Below, in pieces: positions 14,941 to 24,322 of a stretch of 31,070 nt of DNA. Both the position numbers and the translations under genes were made by a program. The stretch spans positions 1-31,070 of the IMG/VR virus record IMGVR_UViG_3300020042_003223; one strand, given 5' to 3'. Within the stretch, counting starts at the first letter, position 1. Every line of letters begins with the position of its first letter. Source of the DNA: a virus (Duplodnaviria; Caudoviricetes). The notes under the pieces are model-generated. The model was not told the origin of the DNA. It saw nothing but the letters and a program-made list of their open reading frames with translations, and made no database searches.

Positions 14941-17088
14941 TTAGAATGTATTTTGGTTATTTCTTCCTGCCTTATTCATTAAAATTAATAAATCATTTCC
15001 ACTTATTCTTGCTTCAAGTGTTCCACCGCCACCTCCAATTAAGGATTTTAACTTATCTAACGGAGCTACAACCTCTGGATTAGATGCTGCACCAGGGTAT
15101 TCACCCATAAGACCCATAGTAGGCCCAGAAATAATACCACCATTAGCAAACTTTTGTGTATTATCCTTACTTAATTTTGATTTCAAGAATGAACCAGCAA
15201 CAATAGCCGCAGTACCAGCTGCAATGGCTGCAATAGCAGTAGGTATTGAAGGTTTTTTAAGCAATGTTAATGCTAATAAAACTGGAAGTGCATAAGCCAC
15301 AAGAGCCTTACCTATGTCAATTAAAGAATCAGCTAAAATTAAAGCTAATCCTTTAAATACTTTTATATTTTCACCAGCTAACGCTTTACCAAGAGATTCT
15401 GCTAAATAATTTATAGAATTTGCAACAAAATCAAGAATAGATTTATTAATACTATTCATTGTATCTGTCCAAGTTATTTTATAATCTTTTAGATTATCTT
15501 GAGAACCTTTTATTTCTCCATCTACTCTTATTAAAGCATCGCTTATCTTATCTAATTGTTCCGCTGTCCATCCACCCATAGAAGCCAAATCATATAAAGC
15601 AGTTTTATATTGCTCTAATATTGCTATTCTTTCAGAAGCTGTACTTTTCCCAGTTGAATTAGCAATTTTCATTGCAACATCAGATTCAATTTTTAAAGCA
15701 TCTAAAGAATTTTGTAATTCTCTATCAGATATTTTTTTATCTTCAGTTTCTTGTTGTTTAGCTAAATTATTTCTAATTGCATAAAGTTGTTTATATACTT
15801 CAGCTGACCTTTTTGCATATTCAATATCAGATATTATTTTTAAAGCAAACATTGCATCATAAGCTGCTTGTTCTTCATTTAATATCTGTATTTGCTCTTT
15901 TTCATCATCTATAGCAAATGCTAATTTTGCATCATAATATGTTTTTGTATAATTAAGTAAATCAAATACTTTTTCTTTTTCTTTTTTTACTGTATCTGGT
16001 TTAGTAATTTGTTGGTCTAATTTTATTGATTCAGACTTTACACCATTTAACTTTTGTCTTATTGCTACAGATTCTAAAGAAGCAGCATTTTCAATAAGTG
16101 ATAGCTTGTTGATTTTAGCTGTATTATCTCTAATTAGATTATTAACTTCATTTAATCTAATTTTAGCTGCAGCATTGCCTTCATCTAATAATTTCATATC
16201 AGATGCAATATTTAATGCATCTGTTTCTTCGCTATTAGTCTCATTTAATAGTTTTATTTTTTCATTAGTAAGAGTAATATTTTCCTTTTGTAATGCAATT
16301 CTATCTCTTTCAGCATCAAGTTGTTGTGTAGTTAATTTACCAACTCTTTCCTCCATAACTCTTGCACGTGCTCTTGCTAAAATAGCATTAGCCACATCAA
16401 AAGTAGCTGAAGCTACATTACCATTTAATATTTGCTCTTTTGATAAATTTCCAAAATATCCAGGATATTCCTTTTGTAGCTTATCTACTGCTATTAATCT
16501 TTTATCCATAGCCTCATTACTACTACCAGCTATTTCAACCAAAGACTTCATTGCGGTAATTTCAGAATATGCATTACCAGTAGATTCTGTTAATGATTTA
16601 GCATATTCATCTTGACTTTCTTTAAGTTTTTTATTTTCAGCAGCAGCTTTTCTTTGAGCCTCATCATAAAATGTAAGACCAGCAACAATAACAGAAAAAG
16701 CTAAATAAGCAGCACCACCAAGACCAGCAACTCCACCTATTAATGCTGGTAAATTGTTTTGAATAGCCCTGAATCCATAAGGTAAATCTTGTATAACTAA
16801 AGCTATATTTGTCCATTGTCTACTTGATTGCCTTAATGGAGCTTCGCCACTACTTAATGATTGTTTCAGCCTATCATAATCACCTTTTAGGTCTAAAATT
16901 CTTTTATCTAAAGGGTCTACTCCATTAACTCTAAGAGCTACCATATACTTTTCAGTAGCAGCTAATTGCTTTTCAGTATTTTTAAGACTTTTACCAAATA
17001 ATTCATTAGAAGCGGTAATAGTATTTATTGTCTTAGTGTATTGGTCTTGTGCCTTAATTATAATATCTACACCTTCGTTATTCGCCAT
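14941..17088 (-). CDS. Tape measure protein
   Basis: 715 aa helical, Ala-rich, hydrophobic stretches, C-terminal FANGGIISGPT..MGE..PEVVAPL motif; follows tail chaperones. Confidence 0.9.
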   Translation of the reverse strand: MANNEGVDIIIKAQDQYTKTINTITASNELFGKSLKNTEKQLAATEKYMVALRVNGVDPLDKRILDLKGDYDRLKQSLSSGEAPLRQSSRQWTNIALVIQDLPYGFRAIQNNLPALIGGVAGLGGAAYLAFSVIVAGLTFYDEAQRKAAAENKKLKESQDEYAKSLTESTGNAYSEITAMKSLVEIAGSSNEAMDKRLIAVDKLQKEYPGYFGNLSKEQILNGNVASATFDVANAILARARARVMEERVGKLTTQQLDAERDRIALQKENITLTNEKIKLLNETNSEETDALNIASDMKLLDEGNAAAKIRLNEVNNLIRDNTAKINKLSLIENAASLESVAIRQKLNGVKSESIKLDQQITKPDTVKKEKEKVFDLLNYTKTYYDAKLAFAIDDEKEQIQILNEEQAAYDAMFALKIISDIEYAKRSAEVYKQLYAIRNNLAKQQETEDKKISDRELQNSLDALKIESDVAMKIANSTGKSTASERIAILEQYKTALYDLASMGGWTAEQLDKISDALIRVDGEIKGSQDNLKDYKITWTDTMNSINKSILDFVANSINYLAESLGKALAGENIKVFKGLALILADSLIDIGKALVAYALPVLLALTLLKKPSIPTAIAAIAAGTAAIVAGSFLKSKLSKDNTQKFANGGIISGPTMGLMGEYPGAASNPEVVAPLDKLKSLIGGGGGTLEARISGNDLLILMNKAGRNNQNTF

Positions 17089-17090
17089 TA

Positions 17091-17408
17091 TTATACTGGT
17101 TTAATATTTTCGTATTTTTTTAAAACTGCCTCTAACTCTTCGTTAGTCATTATCTTAACATTCTTCTTTCTATTCCTCTTATCGCAATCTAACTCTAAAA
17201 GCTCAGTAGGCTTGACCTTCTTACCTTTAGGTAACTGCATATTGACAAGGATAGTAGTTTGCCATCTTGACCTCACCCATTCTTGCTCCTCTTTATGCCT
17301 ATAACCATACCAAATAAAGTCTAATTCAGCCATGGTCATCTCCCAAAACAAATGGGGAAGTATTTGACACTCCCCCATTGTATATCTTTCTATGTCAATC
17401 CATTCTAA
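17091..17408 (-). CDS. Tail assembly chaperone, frameshift-extension (gpT-like) part
   Basis: -1 frame from the A10 run reads KLEWIDIERYT into MGECQILPHLFWEMT...; classic G/GT arrangement before TMP. Confidence 0.8.
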   Translation of the reverse strand, partial: LEWIDIERYTMGECQILPHLFWEMTMAELDFIWYGYRHKEEQEWVRSRWQTTILVNMQLPKGKKVKPTELLELDCDKRNRKKNVKIMTNEELEAVLKKYENIKPV

Positions 17409-17776
17409 TTTTTTTTTTCTTCACCAGCCTCTGTTGACGTAGAACCAGGTTGCTCTAATCCACTACTCATGCTTTCTGATAGTGCAGCCATGATTTCTTG
17501 GAACTGAGTTCCAGCGATACCACCCATGTCATCTATCCAATCGCATACATCAATCTCCTTAAAATCTGGCGTTCTACCTTCTTTGTAAAAAGGGTATTCA
17601 GCAGCAGACCTTACTAAATTAACGATAGCATCTAAAGCAGATTCACCGCTTAAAGCTGTTCCTATCTCTGTTGGGCCTATACCTTGTAACTGACAGAATC
17701 TCTTTAAAGACCATGTGCAGAAACGCAGCGGTATTACCTTACCATCAGAAAGTGATAGGTTAAATTGTCCTCTCAT
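17405..17776 (-). CDS. Tail assembly chaperone (gpG-like)
   Basis: Between tail tube and TMP; ends GAA AAA AAA AAT TAG slippery site. Confidence 0.85.
   Translation of the reverse strand: MRGQFNLSLSDGKVIPLRFCTWSLKRFCQLQGIGPTEIGTALSGESALDAIVNLVRSAAEYPFYKEGRTPDFKEIDVCDWIDDMGGIAGTQFQEIMAALSESMSSGLEQPGSTSTEAGEEKKN
17409..17418 (-). other. Programmed -1 frameshift/slippage site (A10)
   Basis: A AAA AAA heptamer within A10 joins 17776 ORF to 17091 ORF in the -1 frame with no intervening stop. Confidence 0.85.
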
Positions 17777-17792
17777 ATATTTGGTTTTTAGT

Positions 17793-18212
17793 TTATGCGT
17801 TGGTAGTCATCACTAATGCTCCAGTTCCAGTGAATGATGCAGAGAAAGTAGCTGGAGATTCCATGTCACCAGTAAAGTCTAAAGACTCAACCGCTGCAGT
17901 TCCAGTCCAAATCTTGTCACCACTTACGAAAGTAGAGAAAGTCAAAGTTACATCAGTTCTTGAACTTACAGAAGAAAATAAATCTTCTACGTTAATACCA
18001 GCAGCAGCAGATTCGATAACCGCTAAGCCATCTGTTGTTACTGACCAAGAACGCTGTCCTTGAATTTGAGCTGCCCATCCACCGCTATCTTTTGTAGAAG
18101 CGTCTGGTAAGTCTGTTGATACTGATAAAGAACAAGATGTAGAGTGAGCTACAGCTACTCCACCTATCTTTACTACGAGTAAAGTTCCGTTAAAAATTCC
18201 GCTTGTGGCCAT
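17793..18212 (-). CDS. Major tail tube protein
   Basis: 139 aa, STKDSGGW...G.RSWSV..DG and ATFSASFTGTG typical of TP901-1-like tube proteins. Confidence 0.9.
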   Translation of the reverse strand: MATSGIFNGTLLVVKIGGVAVAHSTSCSLSVSTDLPDASTKDSGGWAAQIQGQRSWSVTTDGLAVIESAAAGINVEDLFSSVSSRTDVTLTFSTFVSGDKIWTGTAAVESLDFTGDMESPATFSASFTGTGALVMTTNA

Positions 18213-18247
18213 ATTATTTATTTTTTATATGTTTAAAATCCTATTTG

Positions 18248-18880
18248 TTAATTAATTATAATCTTATTTTGTCTTCTTAGTCTTTTAAAGTGACCATAAC
18301 TTATTCCCATCTTCACACTTGCCTCTAATCTACTCTCAAATTCTCCCACAAATGTACCATTATCTCTATAAACCATACATCGCTTTTTAAGATTGTCATT
18401 ACCTCTTAATATAGCAGATTCTGACATTTTCTTTTTAGCCTCTTCACTTACTATCTTGCCTTTTTGAGCTTTTGCGTAAGTATTACCTATCATCCTTTTT
18501 CTTATAAGATTTACCTCATTTTCTGTCTTTGGTCTACCCATACCAGCCAATGATATCTTTTTTTTAGTCTCTTCAGAATGTTTAGTATTTAAACCACCTG
18601 GTCTAATGTTATATCCGAAGTTTCTATCTGTTGCTCTTAGAATCTTAATGAACTGCTCTTCGTAAAGATTAAGACTTTCTAAGTCATCAGTTTTTAAGAT
18701 GGTATAGAACATAAAGGAATCTATGCCATGTTTGTTAAAAGAACGCTGAAGGTACTCGTTGTCGTGAGTACCTTTCTTTAGCCTTTGAGTATGGTAACCA
18801 AACCTTATCTCTGGCTTATTAATTGTTTGTCCGATATAAGCCTTCCCAGTATTCTTGTTCAGTATCTTATATAAGTACAT
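18248..18880 (-). CDS. Free-standing GIY-YIG homing endonuclease with NUMOD3/NUMOD1 motifs
   Basis: YLY-x10-YIGQT, HSEETKKKIS and SEEAKKKMSES repeats, C-terminal GEFES..EAS. Confidence 0.9.
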   Translation of the reverse strand: MYLYKILNKNTGKAYIGQTINKPEIRFGYHTQRLKKGTHDNEYLQRSFNKHGIDSFMFYTILKTDDLESLNLYEEQFIKILRATDRNFGYNIRPGGLNTKHSEETKKKISLAGMGRPKTENEVNLIRKRMIGNTYAKAQKGKIVSEEAKKKMSESAILRGNDNLKKRCMVYRDNGTFVGEFESRLEASVKMGISYGHFKRLRRQNKIIIN

Positions 18881-18881
18881 A

Positions 18882-19310
18882 TTATAAAGTTTGAGTTACA
18901 AAGTGGTCTACCACTATAACTCTTCTAAAAATATATGTTTCTTCTACATAGTCAAAAGTAGCCTGGTTTGACACCATATTCCTTGTAACTATGTTAAAGT
19001 TTGGAGAAGCATCTGGGTAATCTGCAGGAGCTACTCCTATGATTTCCAATAAGCCATTGGCCCATTCATCTACGGCTTTTTGACCTACCTCTCCAGACTT
19101 AAATGTCCTATACACTATGTCAAACTGTATGCTTACATCAAAGTTATAGCTTGTTTTGTCACTATTCTCTACTGATGTCTGTGAGCTTATCAACAAGAAT
19201 GGAGGCTCGGCACTATCTGGAGCTATGGTATCAAATACCGATAACTCGTAGTTGTTAGCATTTATCTTGTCGAAATAAGCCTTTCGTATAGCATATCCAC
19301 AGTCTTTCAT
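18882..19310 (-). CDS. Tail terminator / tail completion protein
   Basis: 142 aa, VFD..P....PF pattern, position between neck and tube genes. Confidence 0.7.
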   Translation of the reverse strand: MKDCGYAIRKAYFDKINANNYELSVFDTIAPDSAEPPFLLISSQTSVENSDKTSYNFDVSIQFDIVYRTFKSGEVGQKAVDEWANGLLEIIGVAPADYPDASPNFNIVTRNMVSNQATFDYVEETYIFRRVIVVDHFVTQTL

Positions 19311-19471
19311 TATCCTTCTACCTCTACTTCTTTAACTTCCGTTTGTTGGCCATTTTGAGCCTCATTTAGCTCACCAAAGAACTTAATAAGGGGTAAGCCA
19401 TACTTTGTCGGTAACTCTTGAAAAAAGCCATCTAATTGCTTAATTTGCTCTGCGTTTAATGTTATTGTCAT
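19310..19471 (-). CDS. Small protein downstream of fibre (53 aa), not in ORF track
   Basis: MTITLNAEQIKQLDGFFQELPTKYGLPLIKFFGELNEAQNGQQTEVKEVEVEG; TAATG overlap with next gene. Confidence 0.7.
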   Translation of the reverse strand: MTITLNAEQIKQLDGFFQELPTKYGLPLIKFFGELNEAQNGQQTEVKEVEVEG

Positions 19472-19481
19472 ATTTGGTTAT

Positions 19482-19495
19482 TTTTTACAAATTTA
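19482..19495 (-). promoter_or_regulatory. Promoter, TAnnTTTG + TAAAA
   Basis: TAAATTTGTAAAAA on - strand, intergenic, upstream of tail genes. Confidence 0.65.
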
Positions 19496-19502
19496 GGTAA
19501 AA

Positions 19503-22500
19503 TTATTTAGCTTCCAATATTGCTATTTTAGTTTCTAAAGTTTCAATCTTAGTCATAGCCTCTTGAAGTGCCTTAATAGTATAATAACTAATATCTGCCT
19601 CGTAAACTCCTTTATATGTAGTACCATCTTCAGCTAATGTACCCCATCCATCTGGTTCAATTAATTCTGGAGCTATTTGTTCAACTTGTTGTGCAATAAC
19701 ACCCATATTAAAATCATCATGAGTTTGGTCTTTAAATTTATATTTTACTATTTCAATATTCTTTATTTTATCCCAAACTGATTCTAATGGAGTTATATCT
19801 TTTTTTAATCTTTCATCTGATAAAATAACATTGTTTGTTGCATAGTTTGCTATACCTCCATTTGAATAAACATAAAATCTTCCCGTAGAACTATCACCGA
19901 AATATGTGAAAAAACTTGTAGTATTATTAGGTGCTTGATTTTTAAAGTTTATGTAACTACCATATACTGGTCCAGATGAAGCCGTATTTTCAACATAATG
20001 AATCCAGTTTGCATTTGATTGTGATAATTGAAATAATGCTCCACCAGCATCACCGCTTAAAGAACTTCTATTAATTAATAAGCTACCCCCCGATGTGATT
20101 GCCATTGCAGCAGTACTTGCTGGTGTTGTACCACCATTTGTAGTTGATTGTATAAATTCAAGTCCTCCTCCTATATTGTAATTACTTGAAATAAACCAAG
20201 TTTTACCACTAGATATTCCAGCCAAATTAAGTAAAGAACCTCCACTTACAGAACCATCTCCTATTGTAACTCTTGCTGTTCCACTTGGAACAATAGAACT
20301 TATTTGATTTGCTTGTAAACTACTTGAGAATGTAGCAGCACCAGTAGACAAAACAATACTTAAACCTTTTGCACCCGTTGTCCAATCTGTTAAATATAAA
20401 GTTCCGTTTGACTCGCCAACTCCTAAAAATCCATCCGCCGAGCCTTTTAACCTTATATTTCCATTTGCAAGACCGGCTATTAAAGTTCCGTTAGAGGTTA
20501 CGCTTCCGGTAAAAGTTGCACTTGTACCACTTAATCCTCCAAAGAAAGTTATATTAGCACTACCACCAGCTCCAAAATCAGCTACTTGTGTACCACTATT
20601 TGCATTGATGCTTAAACCAGCACTTGTTGCAGCTTTTACTTGTGGGGTAGTTAAAATTCCACTAAAAGTTCCAGTAGTTCCACTTAATCCACCAGTCAAA
20701 GTACCACCAGTTAAATTAAGTTTACTATTTAATTGAGTTTGAACAGCACTTGTAACACCGCTTAAATATCCTAATTCAGTATCAGTAGTTCCAGAAGAAA
20801 CTAACTTTCCACTTGCATTTGAAGCTACTGCTCTTGATGCAGTTAAATCAGTAGTTAATACTGTTGAAATAGCACCAGTTAAATAAGCCGCTACTCTTCC
20901 AGTAGTAAAGTATTGATTACTACCTTCTGCAATATCTGTAGTTGTTAAAACTACTGTTCCTCCAGCACCGTTTACGGATGTAACTGGGAAAGTAATGTTT
21001 GTATTAGAAGCACTTGTGATTCTACCTTTGCTATCTACAGCGATTGTAGGTACAGCAGTAGAAGTTCCATAAGTTGTTGCAGTAACGCCAGTATTAGCTA
21101 AAGTTAAAGCAGATGATACGTTTGCAGAGCCATTAAAGCTAACTGACCAAGTAGCATCACCACTTGCGGCTATTGTTCTTGCAGTAGATAAGATGTTTGC
21201 AGCGTTTGCAGTACCATTTAAGTTACCATCTACGTTAGCAACTAAAGTTGCAACTGTATAACCAGTTCCAGTAGTGTTAACTACGTTTGTAGGCTCATCT
21301 ACTAAACCAGTAAATATCTTAAACTTACCAGCATCAGAAGCATCTCTGAATAAACCAGTAAACTCTACTCTTTCTTGAACAGCATCATAGTATCTACCAT
21401 AATATCCGATGTCAACCGCATCTGTTGTATTGTTAGTATTAGCTACCTCAAACAATGGGTCTTTAGAAGATATTGATTCTGTGTTTACAAAGGTTGCAGT
21501 ACCATTGATAGTTAAATTACCACTTACAACTAAGTTGTTTGGCATTGTAACATCATTAGTAAATGCAACTGTTGTTGTATTACCTACAGTTGTTGTTGCT
21601 ATTTGATTAGCAGTTCCGTTTATTGTTGTTATACCTTGGTCAGTCCAAGTTGCTGTTATTACATTGGCATCTTGTTGAGTTAGGCTTAAAGTCTTTGTTG
21701 ATGTACCACTTACTGCAGCAGATACGATAGAACGATTGTAAGCTATATCGTATTGGCCTAATTTAACCGTAGTAGGAATCGCATAACCAGCAGTTAAGCT
21801 GAATACACCACTATTGTTAGCGTAAGTTAAACCAGTCGCAGATGATGATAATGCAAGTCTTGCACGAGCATCTGTGTAATATAAGTTTGTGCCTTCTGCT
21901 AAGTCTGTAGTAGTCTTTGCAGCTAAAGCACTATTGAATCTTGCTTGTGTATAGTAAAGGTTAGTTCCTTCAGCTAAATTAGTTGTACTCTTATTGCTAA
22001 AAGCAGTATCAAATCTTGCTTGAGTGTAATATAGATTTGAACCCTCTGCTAAGTTAGTTGTAGTTGATGCAGCTAAGTTTGTTGTGAAATTAGCATTACC
22101 TCTCGCTTCTGTCCAATATAAGTTAGTTCCTTCACCAATGTTTGTAGTAGTCAAAGTAACTGTGCCACCTAATGATACCGCTTGACCATTAATTGTAATT
22201 GAGCTATTAGTTAAACTTGCGTTAGGAATAGCAGCTAAGTTAAATACTCCAGTTGTGTTATTGTAAGCAATACCAGTTCCTGCTGTAATACTTAAAGCAA
22301 GTCTTGCTCTTGCATCAGTAAAGTACAAATTTGTACCTTCTGGCAAGTTAGTAGTTGTCTTAGTCGCAAAGTTAGTTGCAAAGTTTGCGTTACCTCTTGC
22401 TTCTGTAAAATAAAGATTACTTCCTTCTGCCAAGTTCGTTGTGCTCTTAGCAGCGAAAGCTGAATCAAATCTACCTTGAGTATAGTATAAGTTAGTTCCC

Positions 22501-22838
22501 TCTGGTACAACAGTTGTAGTTCCAGTAAAGTTACCAGTTAATGAGGCTGCACCATCATTGTAAGTCCATGTAATACCAGTACCATTCTTAATTAAAGCAG
22601 CAACCGTATCATCAATTAATTCTTTAATCTCTATGCCACCTCCAGTAATAATCAAATCACCAGTTATAGTTAAGTTACCATTAATAGTTGCTGCAGCAGT
22701 AGAAAGTGATAAAGCTGTATTTACTCCAGCACCATCTTGAACTGGCTGTAAACTACCACTTACTCCAACATTATTAGCACCAATCTGTAATACTTGTCTA
22801 TATGTATTTTTTACCGCTTTACCTTGAAGAGTAGCCAT
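19503..22838 (-). CDS. Fibre protein with EG(T/S)NLY repeats and C-terminal peptidase S74 chaperone domain
   Basis: T/G/A/S-rich 1111 aa; SDERLKKDI...GVIAQQVE..PE intramolecular chaperone motif. Confidence 0.88.
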   Translation of the reverse strand: MATLQGKAVKNTYRQVLQIGANNVGVSGSLQPVQDGAGVNTALSLSTAAATINGNLTITGDLIITGGGIEIKELIDDTVAALIKNGTGITWTYNDGAASLTGNFTGTTTVVPEGTNLYYTQGRFDSAFAAKSTTNLAEGSNLYFTEARGNANFATNFATKTTTNLPEGTNLYFTDARARLALSITAGTGIAYNNTTGVFNLAAIPNASLTNSSITINGQAVSLGGTVTLTTTNIGEGTNLYWTEARGNANFTTNLAASTTTNLAEGSNLYYTQARFDTAFSNKSTTNLAEGTNLYYTQARFNSALAAKTTTDLAEGTNLYYTDARARLALSSSATGLTYANNSGVFSLTAGYAIPTTVKLGQYDIAYNRSIVSAAVSGTSTKTLSLTQQDANVITATWTDQGITTINGTANQIATTTVGNTTTVAFTNDVTMPNNLVVSGNLTINGTATFVNTESISSKDPLFEVANTNNTTDAVDIGYYGRYYDAVQERVEFTGLFRDASDAGKFKIFTGLVDEPTNVVNTTGTGYTVATLVANVDGNLNGTANAANILSTARTIAASGDATWSVSFNGSANVSSALTLANTGVTATTYGTSTAVPTIAVDSKGRITSASNTNITFPVTSVNGAGGTVVLTTTDIAEGSNQYFTTGRVAAYLTGAISTVLTTDLTASRAVASNASGKLVSSGTTDTELGYLSGVTSAVQTQLNSKLNLTGGTLTGGLSGTTGTFSGILTTPQVKAATSAGLSINANSGTQVADFGAGGSANITFFGGLSGTSATFTGSVTSNGTLIAGLANGNIRLKGSADGFLGVGESNGTLYLTDWTTGAKGLSIVLSTGAATFSSSLQANQISSIVPSGTARVTIGDGSVSGGSLLNLAGISSGKTWFISSNYNIGGGLEFIQSTTNGGTTPASTAAMAITSGGSLLINRSSLSGDAGGALFQLSQSNANWIHYVENTASSGPVYGSYINFKNQAPNNTTSFFTYFGDSSTGRFYVYSNGGIANYATNNVILSDERLKKDITPLESVWDKIKNIEIVKYKFKDQTHDDFNMGVIAQQVEQIAPELIEPDGWGTLAEDGTTYKGVYEADISYYTIKALQEAMTKIETLETKIAILEAK
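21850..22520 (-). repeat. Intragenic protein repeats TTNLAEG(T/S)NLY(Y/F/W)TxAR
   Basis: Seven copies here plus an eighth (TTDIAEGSNQYFT) near 20895-20945. Confidence 0.9.
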
Positions 22839-23299
22839 TATATTTTAATTTTTTTTATTTTATTAACCATTGTATATAGTTCTTCTGAAGCCGATAAGAA
22901 TAAGAATGGTCTATGGGGCAAATTTACTAAATTTCCATTACTCCGTTTAAAACTTAATGCATAGCCCTCAAGTTGATTCATATTTAGGTTTCTATACACT
23001 GGAATTTGAAAATCATTACCAGTACCAAACTCTACAAAAGGAGAGTAATTAGACCTTCTACCCATAGTACCACGAGAACCAACTCTTGCTCCTGCATTCA
23101 TATTGTAAGGCGTACTATAGATTGAAGCCTTTAATTGACCAGTTTTACCTAATGGTGCCCTTGCTCTTGCATTATTCTCTATAGTTTTTACAGACTCATT
23201 GATTATTTTCTGCACTTGCTGAGTAATAACATGAGGTGCCTCTTTTAACCTTTTTGATAGGTTAGTAATACTTGCTGTTTTATTTATAGTAAATGACAT
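22838..23299 (-). CDS. HK97 gp10-like neck/tail component
   Basis: ARARAP..TGQLKASI, YSPFVEFGT, HRPFL motifs; ATG at 23299 overlaps upstream stop (TAATG). Confidence 0.85.
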   Translation of the reverse strand: MSFTINKTASITNLSKRLKEAPHVITQQVQKIINESVKTIENNARARAPLGKTGQLKASIYSTPYNMNAGARVGSRGTMGRRSNYSPFVEFGTGNDFQIPVYRNLNMNQLEGYALSFKRSNGNLVNLPHRPFLFLSASEELYTMVNKIKKIKI

Positions 23300-23685
23300 T
23301 ATACTGTCTCCCAAGTTTTACTAATATTCTCCCAGAATGCTGTAATACTATCCCAAGTATCAACTCTCTTTAAAGTAGCACAAGTGATTCTCAAGTAGTT
23401 ATTAACATCTAACTCATCTATAACGCTGCTAATCAAGTAGATATTACCTTCAAAAAGTATAGTAAGGTCATTAGAAATTGATATACTTTGAGCATCCCTT
23501 ATTCTAAAAACTATATTATCTGATAAAGAATCTTTACCAGCTATGTTTGTCTTATTTTGATTCTCCCTAAATACCTCAGCCCAACAAGTATAGTACTCAA
23601 CATCCGTTAAGACTTGACCACCAGCACCGTCAGATTCTGATACTTTAGATTGAAAAGTAATTCTATTTTTAAATCTACTTATCAT
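23299..23685 (-). CDS. Head closure/stopper protein (SPP1 gp16-like) with Trp-repeat tail
   Basis: RITFQ...DGAGG...WAEV...FRIR...YLI.SV pattern; extra WDSITAFWENISKTWETV C-terminus. Confidence 0.85.
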   Translation of the reverse strand: MISRFKNRITFQSKVSESDGAGGQVLTDVEYYTCWAEVFRENQNKTNIAGKDSLSDNIVFRIRDAQSISISNDLTILFEGNIYLISSVIDELDVNNYLRITCATLKRVDTWDSITAFWENISKTWETV

Positions 23686-24230
23686 TAGAAAATTATGCTT
23701 AGGCGTTTAAATGGCTTCATTAATTCGTATGCAGATGCTATATTAGCATTTGGTTTGCTGTCCTCTACAGAAGATTCTCTGTAATCATATAAATCAGCAA
23801 GTATCTTGTAGATAGCTGTTTTCATAACTGCAGGAGTTGTAGCATAACCGCAAGTATAAGTAAATCTAAACTCATTGCGACTAATAGAGTTAAAATAAAT
23901 CTTCTTGTAAGTTGTACCTAAGATATTGTATGCTGGTATTGTAATTTCTATCCAGCTATCGTTATTCCAATATTCAACTTTAGTGATATTGTTAAGTGGT
24001 GCGTATGGTAGTTCTATAAACTCATCCACATAAGCTACAACTTGTAAAGTACGAGCTGTTATAGCCACACCAGCATATTTCTCTAATCTAATCCTTGCTG
24101 AAGTTATCAAAGAGGAAATTAAGTCGTTATCATCATCAAAATCAACCTTTAGATAGTTCTTAGCTTCGGCCAATGTTATTGGTTCTGAAACTGGCTCTAC
24201 TGTGGTTGTGACATCCCTTATAATCTGCAT
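23685..24230 (-). CDS. Head-tail adaptor (HK97 gp6 / phiE125 gp8-like)
   Basis: EPITLAEAKNYLKVD..DD..LI..LI..AR...E, TCGY..TP, LYDYRE. Confidence 0.9.
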   Translation of the reverse strand: MQIIRDVTTTVEPVSEPITLAEAKNYLKVDFDDDNDLISSLITSARIRLEKYAGVAITARTLQVVAYVDEFIELPYAPLNNITKVEYWNNDSWIEITIPAYNILGTTYKKIYFNSISRNEFRFTYTCGYATTPAVMKTAIYKILADLYDYRESSVEDSKPNANIASAYELMKPFKRLSIIF

Positions 24231-24239
24231 ATACCATTA

Positions 24240-24253
24240 TTTTTACAAAAATA
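24240..24253 (-). promoter_or_regulatory. Promoter, TAnnTTTG + TAAAA
   Basis: TATTTTTGTAAAAA on - strand just after the MCP terminator and upstream of neck genes. Confidence 0.65.
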
Positions 24254-24272
24254 ACTAAAATATAGTAGACAT

Positions 24273-24302
24273 AAAAAAGGGGTAGCTTTTGGCCACCCCT
24301 TT
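24273..24302 (-). terminator. Intrinsic terminator after major capsid gene
   Basis: AAAGGGGTGGC-CAAAA-GCTACCCCTTT then T run on - strand. Confidence 0.88.
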
Positions 24303-24322
24303 GTATTTTAGTTAATCTAAGA

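Noticed and set aside
16106-16615. 169 aa + strand ORF and other antisense or alternate-frame ORFs in the track (e.g. 250-498, 542-745, 3175-3468, 4780-5046, 7144-7422, 12115-12420, 17800-18063, 25520-25726)
   Set aside because: Shadows of well-supported genes, lacking motifs, leaders or operon context
21850-22520. Fibre repeats as DGR template/variable repeats
   Set aside because: They are in-frame protein repeats with synonymous divergence, not adenine-specific; no reverse transcriptase in the window
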